Below, piece by piece: positions 49,015-63,474 of a stretch of DNA of 64,000 nucleotides (position 1 is the stretch's first letter; each line of letters opens with the position of its first letter). Made by a program: the position numbers and the translations under genes. The stretch is taken from contig NW_024704743.1 in assembly GCF_018977255.1 (NCBI RefSeq), forward strand, positions 18,912,001-18,976,000, in the 5' to 3' direction. Source of the DNA: Callorhinchus milii. Its lineage: Eukaryota. A model generated the notes under the pieces. The model saw only the letters and a program-made list of their open reading frames with translations, was not told where the DNA came from and did no database searches.

Positions 49015-50019
49015 TGCAAAATGTGATTAAGTTATACAGTGCAATGACTAGGCCACACTTGGTACACTGTAACGGTAAGTGATGGTGCTTGAATCCAAGA
49101 CGCAGTATAGAGGAGAGCCCCAGTGTTAGAGAAATGCGCTATAAGTATTGGATACCTAGGATAGTGTTCTTCAGCCTTGAAAAGAAACAGCGGACCTTAT
49201 AAAGGTATACAATCTGCTATAGAAGATACAGAATGTAAACCCGGAACAGTACTTTCAGAATTGTCAAGACAGCAGTAAATGAGGGCACAGGTTTAGGGTT
49301 AATACTAATCCTTGCATTTGATATTGTGCGTCATCATGTTCTTGAGATGTCTCCAAATGCTTCACAACTATATTGTAAAGTGCATTGACTTTGTATTTTA
49401 TAGGCGAAAATTGGTAGCCAATTGTACAGAGCAAGTTAACGGCAGACAGCAGGAAGTATTTCCTTGCACCTAAAAGAATCAGAAAGCTAGAATAGTTATC
49501 ATGAAGGATGATAGAGATTGATGTAAAAATATCACTACTGAGGCAGCAGCTGTTGACAAAACATTTGTGCATAACACCAGACAATTTTAGCCCTGTGTTT
49601 GGAGAAGAAATCTATGCTTCAGCTGTATTGCTTGACCTTCACCGAGGTGAAAGCAATGGAGCAAAACATGGCGCAGTGAGCAATAACCAGTTCCAAAATC
49701 ACAGCGGGAGCTAACATAATAACAAATATAAGGAATATTATCCAACATGAAGGGCACTATATAAAGGCAAGTTGTTGCTGTTGTAGAACCTTCAGGCCAT
49801 TGAGCCGGCTCTGCTATTTTATTAGTTCATGGCATCTCTTTATACTGTTAATTCAATTTCCCCTTTCTCGTTTTCCATCTATACCCTTATTCTTGTATCT
49901 TTCGACCTCCCCTTAAAGCATCTTGATTGTGAAATAACTGTGACAAGGAACAGGTCAGAGAGAGAGAGAAAGAGCAGTGCAAAACCTGATTCAGAGTTTT
50001 GAGAAGAGGTTATGAAATG

Positions 50020-50290
50020 GGAATGTTCAGACTGCAACAAAATGATTTAAAGTTGCAAAGGACAATTCCAGTACAGAAACCAGGAAGTATTTCTTTACCC
50101 AGAGGGTAATTAATGACTGGAACAGTTTAGCAGGAAAAGTGGTTGAAGCCAGGACTTGTTTAAAAATTGTTTGGGACAGAATTTGTTTAAAATAGTTTGG
50201 CACTGTGATGTGAGGACAATGAGATTGGTATTCTGGAGGGATTAGGTCAATGGCCTGAAGAGCCCTTTCATCCAAACCAATCTTATGATA
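50020..50290 (+). mobile_element. CR1 3' fragment
   Basis: CAGGAAGTATTTCTTTACCCAGAGGGTAATTAATGACTGGAACAGTTTA (RKYFFTQRVINDWNSL), typical of the CR1 ORF2 end. Confidence 0.8.
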
Positions 50291-51234
50291 TGGTAAAGAG
50301 GGATGTTATCACAAGTTTGAAGTTCCTAAAGTATGTAGATCAATTGCACTCTAAAAATTTGTTTCAGTGATCAAAATGCAATATCAAGTGGATGTTGACT
50401 CAAACCCAGAAGTGGGAAGGTGAGCAGATGGTTCAGATTAAATTGTTTTACACAGAGAGTGCTGAATATGCGGATTGGAGGAAGATTGTGTCAGCAAATT
50501 TAAGAGAGCTGTTTGGCAAAGACATTGTTTGAAGGGTGTGAGAGATAAAGAAGTGTAGCATACACACAAAAAAACTTGAGGTCTGGTCATTGGACCTCAA
50601 TGGTCCTATACATTTTTGTGTTCCTCTGGGTGCCTGCCTGAAAGATTTATCTTCTATAGTGACATTCACTTGAGCAGTTCAGTACCTGCTTTATACACAG
50701 ACAATATAGCCCAGTTGGAACGTACTTCATTATAATGTAGATTCACTGTCCTGAAATTGCCCTTTGCAACTTCAACCTATATCGTCTGGTTTCGCTGTTT
50801 CAGTGCCTCTGAAAGTCTTGTTCTGCGTTACTTTCTCAATCCCATTTTATGTGAGGAAGCACTGGTCAAGTACTAATCTTTACTTCCTAATCTCAGAATA
50901 AGACAGTTCTACAGCCTGATGACTCACAGGAACTAGCCCACTGTGCTGGAAATTTAAACGTTTTTGTACAAATTGAGGAGGCTACAATTTTCATGTAGTT
51001 TCTGTAATAACCATTATAAAGCACAAGGTGGTGGTGTAACAAACTGTAAGATATCGAAAGAGTGCCCAGACAATATATTGAAATAAAAAGTTTTGTTGTG
51101 TGGTACTGAAACTTTACCCTATCTTTCTGTTTCAGATGATGATTTATCTGTTGTGCGTTTCTACAATCTTCTACTTTTAGGTTTCCACCAACCACCACCA
51201 CTATTCTTTGTGTCTCCCCCGTACAGTAATACCA

Positions 51235-51545
51235 TCCTTCGGATGAGATGTTAAGGCAAGGTCTCATCTGTCTGTTCAGGTGGACATTAAAGATATCATG
51301 CCACTATTCCAAAAGAGAAGGGAGTTTCTCCCAGTGTCCTGGCTAACAATCTCCCAAATAAAGTTGGTCTTTCACTTCATGGCTGCTTGTGGGACATTGC
51401 TGTGCGTAAATGGGCTGCCACATTCACGTACAAAATGCATAGTCACTGCACTTTACAGTAAAAATCCTGTGACGCTCTTGAGACGTCCTCCTGATGTGAT
51501 TGGTGCTATACAAAATTCAAGGATTATTATTATTATTATTATTCT
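51235..51545 (+). mobile_element. Deu-domain SINE (family B)
   Basis: CCTTCGGATGAGATGTTAAG...TTCAGGTGGACATTAAAGAT body and (ATT)n tail. Confidence 0.85.
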
Positions 51546-51812
51546 TATACACAATAAAAAGTGCTTCCTGCAGAGTCCTGGAATCTGGTGCTGTACTTCC
51601 ACGTGGTGAATAGCAGAAACAAAGAAAACAAGAAAGATTTCAGGACATGCAGCTAGCAGGATTGAGCAGAAATCAAAAACTTGATATTCAAGGCACTTGT
51701 CCAATGCAATACATCTTACATTTATATAGGGCCTTTCACATTGGGTGGACGTTTCAAAGTGCTATAGAACATTACAGGATGGAAACAGGCTATTCGACCC
51801 ATCTTGTTCATA

Positions 51813-51925
51813 CAGGTTCTGACAAAAGGTCATCAACCTGAAACATTAACTTGCTCACTTTCCTCTCTCCATAGATGCTGCCTGATCTTCTGAGCGTTTC
51901 CAGTGACTTCTGTTTTTATTTGTTC
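51813..51925 (+). mobile_element. Penelope-like short element with a degenerate hammerhead motif
   Basis: CAGGTT-CTGACAA-AAGGTC-ATC-AACCT-GAAA-CATT-AACTTG followed by the same body as 17495-17633 in the opposite orientation. Confidence 0.65.
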
Positions 51926-52109
51926 ATAGTTGTGTTTAGATTCCACATGAAACTCCAAATCGCCTAATCTTCTCCCTCCTGCGTGCTTCAAGTTTCCTCT
52001 TGAATATGTTGATGCATTCAACTTCAAGGACCTCAGCCTTCTCCAAATCTCGCTCATGCACACCAGTCAGGAATTGGTGACAGCAATGGCCTGAACACCT
52101 AGAAGTCGG

Positions 52110-52885
52110 CCAGTGGTAGCAATCTCATCTCTGAGTCAGAAGGTTGTGGGATCTTATCCCAGGGCTTTGAGCTCATAGTCTAGGCTGAAGTCTGTGCAGT
52201 GCTTGGGGAGCTCAGAGGTGCTATTCTTTGTATGAGATGTTATAACAAGGTCCCACCTGCCATTTGTACCCCCATTACACCATTCAGGCTCCACTGCCTC
52301 CCAAACAGAACGGATCAATTTCAAGATCCTCTCATTCGTCTACAAATCCCTTCGTACCCTGGCACCTCCTTAACTTTCTGATCTCCTCTTTCTCCACTCT
52401 GCCCGCTGCCTCCGCTTGGCTGGCTCTGGCCTCCTGCGTGTCCCTCATGCCGTCCGCTCCAACATCACTCACTATGCCCGAAAGCTTTGGAACTCTCTCC
52501 CTAAATCCCTCCATCTTGCCCCCTCTTTCTCCTCTTCGAGATCACAATTGAAACCTTTCCTCTTCAACCGTGCTTACGGTCACATCCTGCCTTCCCCCAG
52601 CTCGGGGTCGGGCTCCGCCACGGATAAGCGATCCAAGACACTGCCCTGCGTGAAAGGCGCTACATAAATGCAACTTGTTGTTGTTGTTCAGGTGGACGTT
52701 AAAGTATCCTATGGCAATACAGTATTCAAAAAGAGAAGGGAATTTCTCCTGGCCAATAATCCCCCAAATAAAATAGTTCATTCGCTACAAGGCTTTTTTC
52801 TAGGAATTGCTACGTGCAAATTGGCTGCCGCATTGGCCTACACAGCCATTACACTTTACCGTATAAATCCTGTGAAGCGCTTTGG
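52110..52885 (+). mobile_element. Deu SINE interrupted by an L2 3' fragment (52260-52688)
   Basis: SINE head 52110-52250, L2 fragment ending in (TTG)n, SINE body resumes with TTCAGGTGGACGTTAAAG at ~52687. Confidence 0.8.
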
Positions 52886-55454
52886 ACCTTTCACTGCTTT
52901 AGACCTGTTTATGTACAGCTCAGTCTTCACAATCAGAATAAAACTCAGTTAAGTGTCAAAACTAATGAGAAATTGTGAATATTTTGCATTTGGCAGCTCA
53001 GTGATTTATAATAATAATAATCATCCTTGCATTTTATGTTACATCTCGAATGTTGAAACATTTGACAGCACTTTACAGAAATTATTGTTAACTGTAGGGA
53101 TTGTGTATTTGTAGGCAAGTGTGATAGTCAATTTGCCACAACAATGTTGGTGAATGACCAATTTATTAGAATTTATCATTAGAACAGTGTGATGGGATCT
53201 TTAATCTCCAACTGAGCAGGGAGATGAGACCTTGGTTTAACATGTCATCTTAATTTACCAACTTGTGCAGTTGAGATCTCTGTGGCACAGATCGATGGAA
53301 CATAAGTTTGGGGGATTCATGGTAATTTCTGTTTCAAACTCCACTCCACAATTCGATCACATCAGAGCAGAATTCACATAGGCCAACCTGATGTCATTCT
53401 GGTTATGGAAGAAAACCTCATTTGCACAACTCAGTTTTCTTATTTAGGAGTCCTAAACACATACCACAAATTGCTGTGTCATGATACAAGGCTAATCTCT
53501 CCACTGAAGGCACAACCTTGAGGCACATTTAGATGTGTAAAATGAAGTTGGCCTTTGCAGATGACTCTGCAAGTGACCTTTTATGGTACTCTGTCCATCT
53601 TATCACTTGATGTTTCAGTAATTGTGATTCCTCATTAATGATACCCGGGGAGCTCATTGTATTAAAGGGCTCTACGTCCTCTTGCATAGTGAGGACTTCT
53701 ATCTCTGATGCTCCAGTGATTAAAGTTGACAGGACAGAAGTGTAGTCTGTATTGAGATGTTCTATGAAAGACAACATGCAGGAAGTGTACTGATGTACAG
53801 TGGGACAATGTACATTGTAGAGATGTACAGTGTAGGTATATATAATCTGCCAATATACAATGTGCCAATGTACAGAGTCAAGATAGTATACAGTCCGTTG
53901 ATGTCTGTACTGGCCTTTTGAACCAGGAAAGTGGTGTATGTTGCACAAACCGAAAATAACGACAACAGTTTTCATTTATACAGCAGCCTTCATGTAGGGT
54001 AATATAGAATCACAGCATTATACAGCACAGAAAGAGGCCATTTGGCCCATCGTGTCTATGCCGGCTCTTTGAAAAGAGCTATTCAATTCAATCCCACTCC
54101 CCCGCTCTCTCCCCATAACCCTGCAAACTTGTCCTCCTCAAATAATTGTCTACTTGTCTCTTAAAAGCTTTTATTGAATCAGCTTCCGCCACCCATTCAG
54201 GCAATGCATTCCAGGAGTGTTTATCTGTGAGTATTTAAATCATGGGAGTACCGTCACAACAAGGGCTGCCTCGGTGTAAAGAGAACACCCAACCACCATC
54301 TACAGTATATTCTGTGAAGCACTTCAAAGACGTGATAAGGCACTATATCAAATTCAAGGATTATTATTATTATCTACTCAAAGCAACCAGGTATGAGCAA
54401 CAGTCCTGTCAGCATCTCCCATATTCTGAGAAAGAATAACAAAGTAACCTTTGCAAAATCATACCATGAATCCAATTGCTGTTTTAGTCAGCAGTCCCCA
54501 TCCCTAGTGGCCACTGCATGTGTATTTCATGCGCGTGTGAAAGGATTCTTGATAATTACTGTTTGACCTTCCATCATCATTTGTGCCACAATAATAACCA
54601 TGGCCCTGTAAGCTATTAGTCATCCTACCTCCATCTAACAGAAGGTATGACGTGGTGATGTGCAGTGTTTAGGATGACCTTATAGTGTTTGAACCAATAA
54701 CAAAAAAAATCTAATTTGGAGTTTAGCATCTGCTTTAAGTAAAGGGTAATTCTTAGAACACCGGAATTGTGTCATGTCCTATATCTTAAAGAGGCTTTAG
54801 TCTATAAACTCATTAAAAAGACGTAAAGAAGTGATCATTGTACTATCTGATCACATTGACCTATTAATGAATTCTCTACAATATATTTGAAATTAGTCTA
54901 TAATGAGAAAGGCATGAAATGAGTCCTTTTTGAGAATAACCGTCATGACTTCGAACAGTAAAGATCACCATGAACTATGTGGCACAGTGTCAATTAGGCC
55001 ATTATGATCCTAATGTCAGGGTCCCCAGTCTTCTGAAACTTCCCATGTAGGATTATCTGGTAACTCTAGGCAGAAGGCCTCCATTAATCATTTAATCCAG
55101 GCTCCATGAGCCTATCACTCCTTCCTTCCTCCATCCTTGGTTGGCTCCGCTGGATTTCTCAACGGATCAAATTCAAGATTCTTGTTCTCATATTCCAGGG
55201 TCTCGCTCCAGCTTACCTCTGCAACCTCCTTAATCCTTACCAGCCCAGCAGTTCCCATCACTTACCCGACTCTGACCTACTCCATGCCACCAGCTATCTG
55301 CCCACTATTGGAGGTGGGTCCAAAACTCGATCTCCAGATCCCTCCAACTGGCCCTCACCCATTTTTCGCCTTCAAAATATATAGTCAATACACTTTACAG
55401 CATATTCTGTGAAGTGCTTTGAGACGTCTCAGAAACGTGATAATCCCACAATTC

Positions 55455-55665
55455 CTTTGCCTTGCTCCCTCTCTTGCCTCCTTCAAGGTACGACTCAAGA
55501 CACTCCTTTTCGACTGTACCTTCAGCCATGCCTCCTTCCTCTCTACCCACCCTCACCCCAACCGTGCCCCCCCCCCCCCCACGCTCGGGTCTTGATCCCC
55601 GACTGTTCAGCGCCTTGGGACGTCCTCCCAAAGTGAAAGGTGCTTTACAAATGTAATTTTGTTGT
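55455..55665 (+). mobile_element. L2 3' fragment
   Basis: CTCCTTCAAGG...CAGCGCCTTGGGACGTCCTCCCAAAGTGAAAGGTGCT tail. Confidence 0.85.
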
Positions 55666-57939
55666 AGGAACAAGTTTTTCCTCATATTACATAAACCAGT
55701 ATTACCTGGAATGCTGTCAGTGGGTAGGTCACTAATAATTATTATTATATTGCTTGCATTTGATATAGTGCCTTATCACATTATCGACACATCTCAAAGT
55801 ACTTCACAAGATTTACAGTAAAATATATAGTCTGTTAATTTGTAGGCTAGACTACCTGTCTTAACTAAAAGGAGGAGCCACAGTAAGAGAAAGCAATAGT
55901 CAGGGGAAGAAGTGAATATAACACAATATAAACTGACACCTAGATCGAGTTATTCTGGCTCAATTGGTAGCACTCTCACTGCTGGGTCCGAAAGTTGTGG
56001 GTTGAAACACGACATTGGGACTTTGAGCTATTTGTCTGAACAAAGACCAGCGCAGTGCTGGTGGAGTGCTGCATTGTTGGAGGCAACATTATTTGTGTGA
56101 ACCATTAAGCTGAGGCCCCATGCTGTCCTGTAAAGGTCCTCCCACCACGCTGAAGGCAGATGCTCGACAGATAGCTGATGAGGAAACTCTGAGGCTTGGG
56201 ATGACAGCTGCTAGAAGGCTTTACCTGGAGTCTGAGTTCCCACCTTCGCCTTGGAACACTTTCCTGCTGTGAAAGGCGCTATATGAATATAATTTGTTGT
56301 GGTTGTTGAATATGAGTTAATCAAATAGTGTTGGGACTTGGATTTGGAGTTTTTAAACTGTGTGTATGTTGGGGCGGGGGGGTGACGCGTTGATCAATAT
56401 TATGCAGACTTGCTTGATTTCCTTTGGGAATCAGATTGTGCAGTATTTATGCCAAACTTTCCCTCAAGAGATTAAATCAGTGGGATAAAGTTTCTGATAG
56501 AGTGCATTCTCTGCAGATAGGGTTGACTTTATGAGCTGAATTCCATTTTTACATTCCACTCTTCATTATTTTTCACATTGAAGGCATTGAGTGCAGATGC
56601 CCTGTCCAAATGAAGGTTTCCAATGCCTCACTGAACCTATTCATGAAATTTATTATGGTCCATTTATACTGCAGGCTTAGTGTCAATTTAATGCAGCTTC
56701 CGCACTGGACCAATGCAAAATATGCAGCTAAATCATGCTTTACGGGCACGTCTTGCAAATAAAATCAATGCCATTGGCTGCAACATAAATAAGGAGTTTA
56801 CTAAAGGTAATTTCAAGCCAACACTTACAGTACAGTACAATAACAACTTGGATTTATATAGTGCCCTCCATACTGGACGGCGTCTCAGAGCGCTTCACAG
56901 TAACGGATCCAGGGGCCTGCAGTACATGCATGTAAAATATCTTGGTGCTGTTTGAACTGTCCTGCAGAATTTTAATGGTGCTAAAGAGCTTAATACATGT
57001 CCATAATACAGTACTGTTGTAAAGCTAAATGGTATTTGTGTTCACACACATGCAGAGCTCTCCCCCACGAGGGCAATGCAGAGCCAGTAAGTATGTATCA
57101 GTAGCTTTCCCACTCCAAATCACCAGATAGTTAAAACCACTCCAGTGGTATACAAGAGGCACAGCGACATCTCAGAGCTGTGTATGATTTTAAAAGGATT
57201 GAGAAAGTTGATTTAAACGATACTTTCGGGTATGCCTTTCAGGACAGACCTTAGGAAGTATTTCTTACCTCAGAGTGTAATAATTAACTGGAATGTGTTA
57301 CCAGGAAGGGTGGTTGACATTCATTTTTGTTGGAATGGAATTCACGCTCTCTCCCTGGAGGGACACATCCTGCTTACCTAGTTCCGGAAAGTATTAGGCA
57401 CAGGTTAGCAAGAGCCAAGGCTTGGAGACCCCAGAGTGTGTTGGGGTACTGCTAACCAGCTAAAACTGCAGAGCTTGCGATTATATCACTGTCCTGCAAG
57501 CCTCATTTAAGAAAAACAGCTCGGAGAATGTTAGGATGAATATTCTGGAAGGATGAATGGGCTGAACTGATCTTGTTATTTTGTGATTACAACACCAGGA
57601 TTTATATTTGAGTACAAGTGCCAGCCACAAGCTGCAGAAGTCCATCCAAGCTGTTTGAGCCATTCTTTCAAAGAAAGTTAATCAAGTTTCTGAATGGAGG
57701 AGCTGCAATACAAGAGTAAGCACGATGCTCCACTGAAAGGACCACCAAAAAAAAACAAGTTTAAGAATAAAACATGAGGATCGAAAGACAAGTAGCGAGA
57801 AATTCTGCATTTGATGAAGGAATTGCATTATAAGCTCTTCCTGCAAAAAACAGTAACTTTTTTGACGAGTGGAACTGGACAGTTGCCATTTCATGGCTGT
57901 TTGTGGGACTTTGCTATCCACACATTGTCTATCGCGTTC

Positions 57940-58380
57940 AAACAACAATTTATACAGGGCACTTTTCCTGGGTAGCACCTCAGAGCATTAAACGGTGGTG
58001 CAGTGTGACACCAAGCCAGGATAAAAAGGGAGGTGACTGGTGGCATGGTTGAAGAAGAAAGTCTTCAGGTGCGATCTGTTGATGGGTAATGAGGGACAAG
58101 TCAGGGGGTTGAGACAGGGAGTTCCAGAAATCCGGGGCATAGTGACTGAAGGCACAGCCACTAATGGGGGTGTGGAGGGATTAAGGTTTGAGAGGAAGGC
58201 CTGAGCCTGGCCGAGCACTGGGGGATGGAGTTCCAGAGCCTGGGGGCTGAGAGGCTGAAGACCCGGCCACCGATGGTAGGGCGGTTGGGGCGGGGGATGT
58301 GGAGCAGACCGGAGCCAGAGGAATGGAGGGTACGGGCAGGTAAGTAGGGGGGGATAGTAGGTTGGAGAGGTAGGAGGGAG
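57940..58380 (-). mobile_element. Old L2 fragment joined to a young L2 segment (58210-58380)
   Basis: 58210-58380 is the reverse complement of ~34380-34545 at high identity; the remainder is a diverged L2 3' end. Confidence 0.8.
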
Positions 58381-58544
58381 CATTAACCAACCTGGGCCAG
58401 CCATGTGTCCTGGGCCTCATTGTCTGTGGCCCTGGCCTGGCCAGGTTCCCCACACTTGTCAGCCCAGCCCCAGCACTAACAGAGCAATGGGATCTTGACA
58501 CCTCCTTAAAATGACACAGGCTTCACCTTGTCAGCCTTTCGGCG

Positions 58545-58965
58545 TCATCACACCAGATCTAGCCAGGCTGCACTGGCTCCCTATCGCCGAACGGATCGAT
58601 TTCAAGATCCTCACACGCGTTTCAAACCTCTTCATGCCCTGGCACCTCCCTACCTCTCCAACCTGTTTACTCCCCAACCCACTACCCGCTGCCTCCGCTC
58701 AATAGGCTACGGGCTCCTGCATGTCCTTCATGCCCTCCATTCCACCATCCGTGGCCATGCTTTCAGCCACTACCCCTGAAACTCTGGGACACTCTTCCTC
58801 TATCTCTCTGCCTTGCCCCTTCCTTCCCCATCTGAAGACCTTCCTCTTTGACCGTGCCTACGGTCACCTCCATCTGGCTCAGCGTCGTGCTCTGCCACTG
58901 TCAAGTGCTCTGGGACGCTAACCTGCACGAGGGGCATTATATAAATGCAAATTGTTGTTGCTGTT
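58545..58965 (+). mobile_element. L2 3' fragment
   Basis: ITPDLARLHWLPIAERIDFKILT...LKTFLFDRAYG followed by a (TTG)n tail. Confidence 0.85.
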
Positions 58966-60597
58966 GAGATCCAAGCGCCCACGACATTATTATTTAGAGA
59001 TATTAAAGCACCGGCCATTGATTCTAAATATTTTGCCAAGATTTAATAAATACAGATCTGTCCCTGTGATCCCTGAACACAGTTGAATATTCAAGCCCAA
59101 TCGGCCGAATGTTCCTGAATTCTTATTTTCCTAATCCCTTTTTCTGCTTCTAAAGCACTATACCTGACAGGAGCAGAACTGAAAGTGGATCAATTATTCC
59201 ACAAAGTGCAACAAACACCTGACCTTTCCTCAACTCCACTCATTGTAAATGAGCATTGGATTTTTTATTTAACCCTAACTTTGCTACTTGAAACCAATAC
59301 CAAAAGCATAACAACAATAACTTGCATTTATATAGTGCCTTTTATGTAAAAAAATAAATACTATATCTCAAAGCACTTTACACAATAGAATGAAACACAA
59401 TTAAGTGATTGTTTTGTAGCATTGTGTCACAAGGTGTATTTATTTACGATTTTCTATTGAAAGAATCGTATATGATGCAAGTTATAGGCTGTTCTATGGA
59501 TCTATGCTTGTGGTGTATTAACACAGTCCTGTGCTCGCTTAAGCGAAGCATCGTTCAGGACTTGACGTTTCCTACAGGAGGAAGGTGATATCATAGGAAC
59601 AGTCACCAGATGGTTATTCAATTGCAACCTTAAAGGTCTGATGATCTCCTGAAAAGAGGAGCAAAATCAGATAAAATACAGGTAAAATACAGGGAATACA
59701 TTTGAACATATTTTATATCAGAATCCTGTAGCTCAATGGTTACAGCACTTGCAAGTGAGAGGGCCTGGGTTTGATTCCCGGCAGGTCGAAACGTAGGGCA
59801 AGTTTCCTTACTCCACACACCTCTGTTTACCTAGCAGTAAGTAGGAACCGGTTGTTAGTCGATTGGCGGATCGCTTTTCTGGGGGTAATAATTCTTTCAA
59901 AATAAAAATATATAACATTCTCACAAGTGGATGTAAGTCCACATTCAGGGCAGTCATATGCCATGGCACTAACGTACAGGGTGTAATGCAAATAATACTC
60001 CTTACATTTGATAAACCGACTTTCACATCAGGGAGGACATCACAGGATAAACTGTAAAGTGAATGTATTTGTAAGCGAATGTAACATGCCAGGACAGTAA
60101 TGTGACACTATTTCTCTAACAGTGAGGTTGATAAAGAGCTTTTTTTTGGTAAAACTGCAGCATAAAAGGTACCCAGCCAGGAAAAGTGCCTCTGACTGTA
60201 GTAAAGCTGAAGACTCCGAGTCCTGAGAACTCAGCTCTGAAATGACCTCAGGTCCCTGTGAGTTATTATGGGTTGTCATGACGTGGTTAAGGTTCCTGCT
60301 GGAGATTCACTATCGGGGGACTTTGTCAAGTGCAAGGTGTCATTAATTCTGCCGTTTTCCCAATTACACTTGTAGTACTGTTTAAACCTCATTCTGCCGT
60401 ATTGACTGGTCAGCCTCCTGTTTACAACCTCCAGGGACATTTATAGACTCCTCTTATAATCTTACTACCTTTCCGCCCCGACCCACAGTTCTCATCAAGG
60501 ACTGAAATCTCAGTCTCTGATCCTCACCTTCCCCTCCACAGACTGTTAAGACAACACATTCTGTCACCAAGCTGCCTATTGGTGAGAAAGGCAGGTC

Positions 60598-60843
60598 AGG
60601 GCGAAACCTTGGGCAAGTTTCCTTACTCCACACGCCTAATAATAATCCCTCCAAAACCCAAAACAATAATAAATTGGTCATTTTCAATCTACGACTGTTT
60701 GTGGGACATTGCTGTGCGCAATTGGCTGCCGCGTTCAAATATACAGTCAATTCACGTTACAGTGTGTTCTGTGAAGCGCTTTGGGACGTCCTCCCGACGT
60801 GAAAAGCGCTATATCAAATGCAAGGATTATTATTATTATTATT
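60598..60843 (+). mobile_element. SINE family A, young subfamily, 5'-truncated
   Basis: Near-identical to the reverse complement of 1417-1655. Confidence 0.9.
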
Positions 60844-62184
60844 AAAGATCCGAAAAGCAAGCACTGCACTAAATATTTCAAATTTCTGGGTTATTTTGTA
60901 CTGTGCTGAGATTAAATCCTCAGGAGGTTTAAAACCTCAGTTGACTTTGCTAATGTCATTCCTTGACATGTAAATTCACCAATCGGAGCAAGGTCCCACT
61001 AGCGCTTTGATGCATGTGCATTAACAGTTAATCTTTCTATTCAGGCACGTGTCTGGCAGAAAGCCAGACAGCACTGTCTTTTTAAAAGCTTGGTATAATT
61101 TACAGTGCTAAACATAGGAATTCAACTCCTCAGCTACTCCTCTGCTTTTTCAACAAATGCGCTGGACATACGTGGAGTGGAGGAGGTGCAAGAATTCTGC
61201 AACTTTATTTCTGCAAATGTGAAGTGAAAGTGATTACCTGGCCACTCTAACTCCGCTATGTAATTGAAACAAGGGCCTGTGGCAGGACAGTCCTTGCAAA
61301 TAATAACTCAGGTAGTTCTAGGGGGAATTGACTGATTGACTGAGCGGTGACTGGTCTGTCCTTCCAAGTCCTGCCATCAGCAGTGCTCCTGGAATACTGC
61401 CTGGCTCAGGAATTGGACTACCGAGACTGCCCCAGAGGGCTGGCTTGTTTCCGACATTCCGTTGCCAGGCATGTCAACTTGGACCCAGTTCAGCTCTAAG
61501 GAGACCCGCTTACCCCAAGGAGGGTAGACTGATAAATACTGGCAGGAACAGCTTATAAATGCAATATCTTCAGGTGGGATCTTCAAAATCCAACTGAAGA
61601 ACAGGCTGACAGGCTGGACCTCGGTTGAACCTTTCATCCAAAGGAAAGCACCTTTGACAATACAGCGCTCAAGACATCATTTAGAGCTTGAACCCACAAC
61701 ATAATGACTTGGATATTTTAACGGAGAAGATGTCAAAGCCCTAAAGCAGTGGTGGCCAACCTTTATGGTTAGCCAACAAAATAAATTTTCTTGTCTGAAT
61801 TTTCTTGACTTGAACAGTAGAACTGGAAGACATGGCCTGCGATTGAAGGGGGATAAATTCAGAACAAATCTGCGGAGACACTACTTCAGTGAGCAAGTAG
61901 TAAGCATGTGGAACAGGGGTAGCAGAAAGTGTTGATTCTTTCAAGAACGAATGAGATAGACTTATATCTCATTAGGAAATAATATATTGGGATACAATAT
62001 TTTGTTTGGGACACAACATGTGCCTGCGACTGCGAGGATGGTAGGAGGCGAACTGGATGGACCTTGGTCTTTTAAGAATTTATGCCATATATCAAAAAAT
62101 ATTCAATCAAGGAAAAAAAATGAAAAACACACGACCGATCGTACACACACTGCAACAAAAACAACAAAACCTAATAAATGGCAG

Positions 62185-62290
62185 CTAACATATGTTCAGA
62201 CCAAACTTAACAACTTTTTTGAGGAGGTGACGTCCCAAATTGACTGTGGGAAGCCACGGATTTCCAAAGCTGTTTGACAAAATATCACAT
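62185..62290 (+). mobile_element. CR1 RT relic
   Basis: TKLNNFFEEVTSQIDCG...DF.K.FDK resembles the CR1 RT motif TNLLEFFEEVT..VD.G...DFQKAFDKV. Confidence 0.65.
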
Positions 62291-63474
62291 GTAATACTCT
62301 TTCACAATCTGGGGTCCCAGAGTATTAAAGCAAGAGGCATACACAATTATAAACAGGAGAGAACATGATGCACCAATAATAAATAAATAGTCCTTGATAT
62401 AGGCTTTATCATATCGTCAAACTCTTCACAGGATTTAACTATAGATTTGTAGGTATGTGGCAGGCAATTTGAGCACAACAATTTCCCAGCAGAATAAGGG
62501 TACACAGGTTTAAAAGGGGGATTTCACCACAAACATCAAGTATTTATTTGCTTAGAGGGTAATTAACAATTGGAACTGTTTATCGGGAAGGGTGGTTGAG
62601 GCCAGGACTCTGGACGTCACTGGAGTCTGTGCTGTGCTGGAAAGACAGTAGGGTAGGTATTCTGGAAGGATGAGATCAAGTGGGCTGAAGGGAGTCCTTC
62701 ATTTGAACCTTTCTGGTAACCTATGCCGGAGTGCTATATATTGAGCCAGGCTAACATGCATGATTTCATTGCAGCTGAACACGAATGTCACAATATAGTA
62801 ACCTCTAAATACTGAGGTCTGATTTACTCTTTTCACTAAATCATTAATAGAATGGCATAAGACCAAGACTGTCACTGGAAGGTTAAGAGGAAGATATGTT
62901 CAAGCAGTGGGTTATCAGAATATGGAATGCTTTGCCTCATGTGATTAATACAAAAATGAACTTACATTTTTATAGTATTTTATAATGTGTTGGAAATGTT
63001 TCAGCATTTTACAGTATTTACTGTCAGTCTGGTGACTTTTGGTAGCCAAGGGCAGCAGTCAAATGTGCACATCAAGAGACTACAGAAACACCATGGGGTG
63101 AATACCTAATTAATCAGGAGGATTAATTATCTGGCCAAGGCACTGGGAGAAATTCCATTCTCTTTTTAAATAGCATCATAAGATCTTTAACATCCCCCTG
63201 AACAGGCAGACGGGAACTCAGTTTAATATCTCGTCTCGTGGATGGCATCTTTGACAATGTCCATTCTCCAGTATTTAAGTGACAATGAAGGCAATGAAGT
63301 GACAGCCTAGTCTATGAGTTCAAGTCCCATCTCAAGCATAGACCATTTCAAAAGAATTTACGGAATTGGAAAAATAACATTTGAATTGGATATAATTGAA
63401 TATAAAGGGGAATTTGGGAATAATGTGGATAAGCTAGTATGAGTGTAGTTGGTTGAATAGACCCTTCCTATGCT

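Noticed and set aside
53529..53975. 148-aa ORF overlapping a TGTACA-rich low-complexity patch
   Set aside because: Explained by a degenerate simple repeat; no domain recognised.
56160..56174. ATG CTC GAC AGA (MLDR), resembling the start of the CACNB2 beta2b exon
   Set aside because: Immediately followed by TAG, with no IIPG-like end and no donor site; most likely coincidence.
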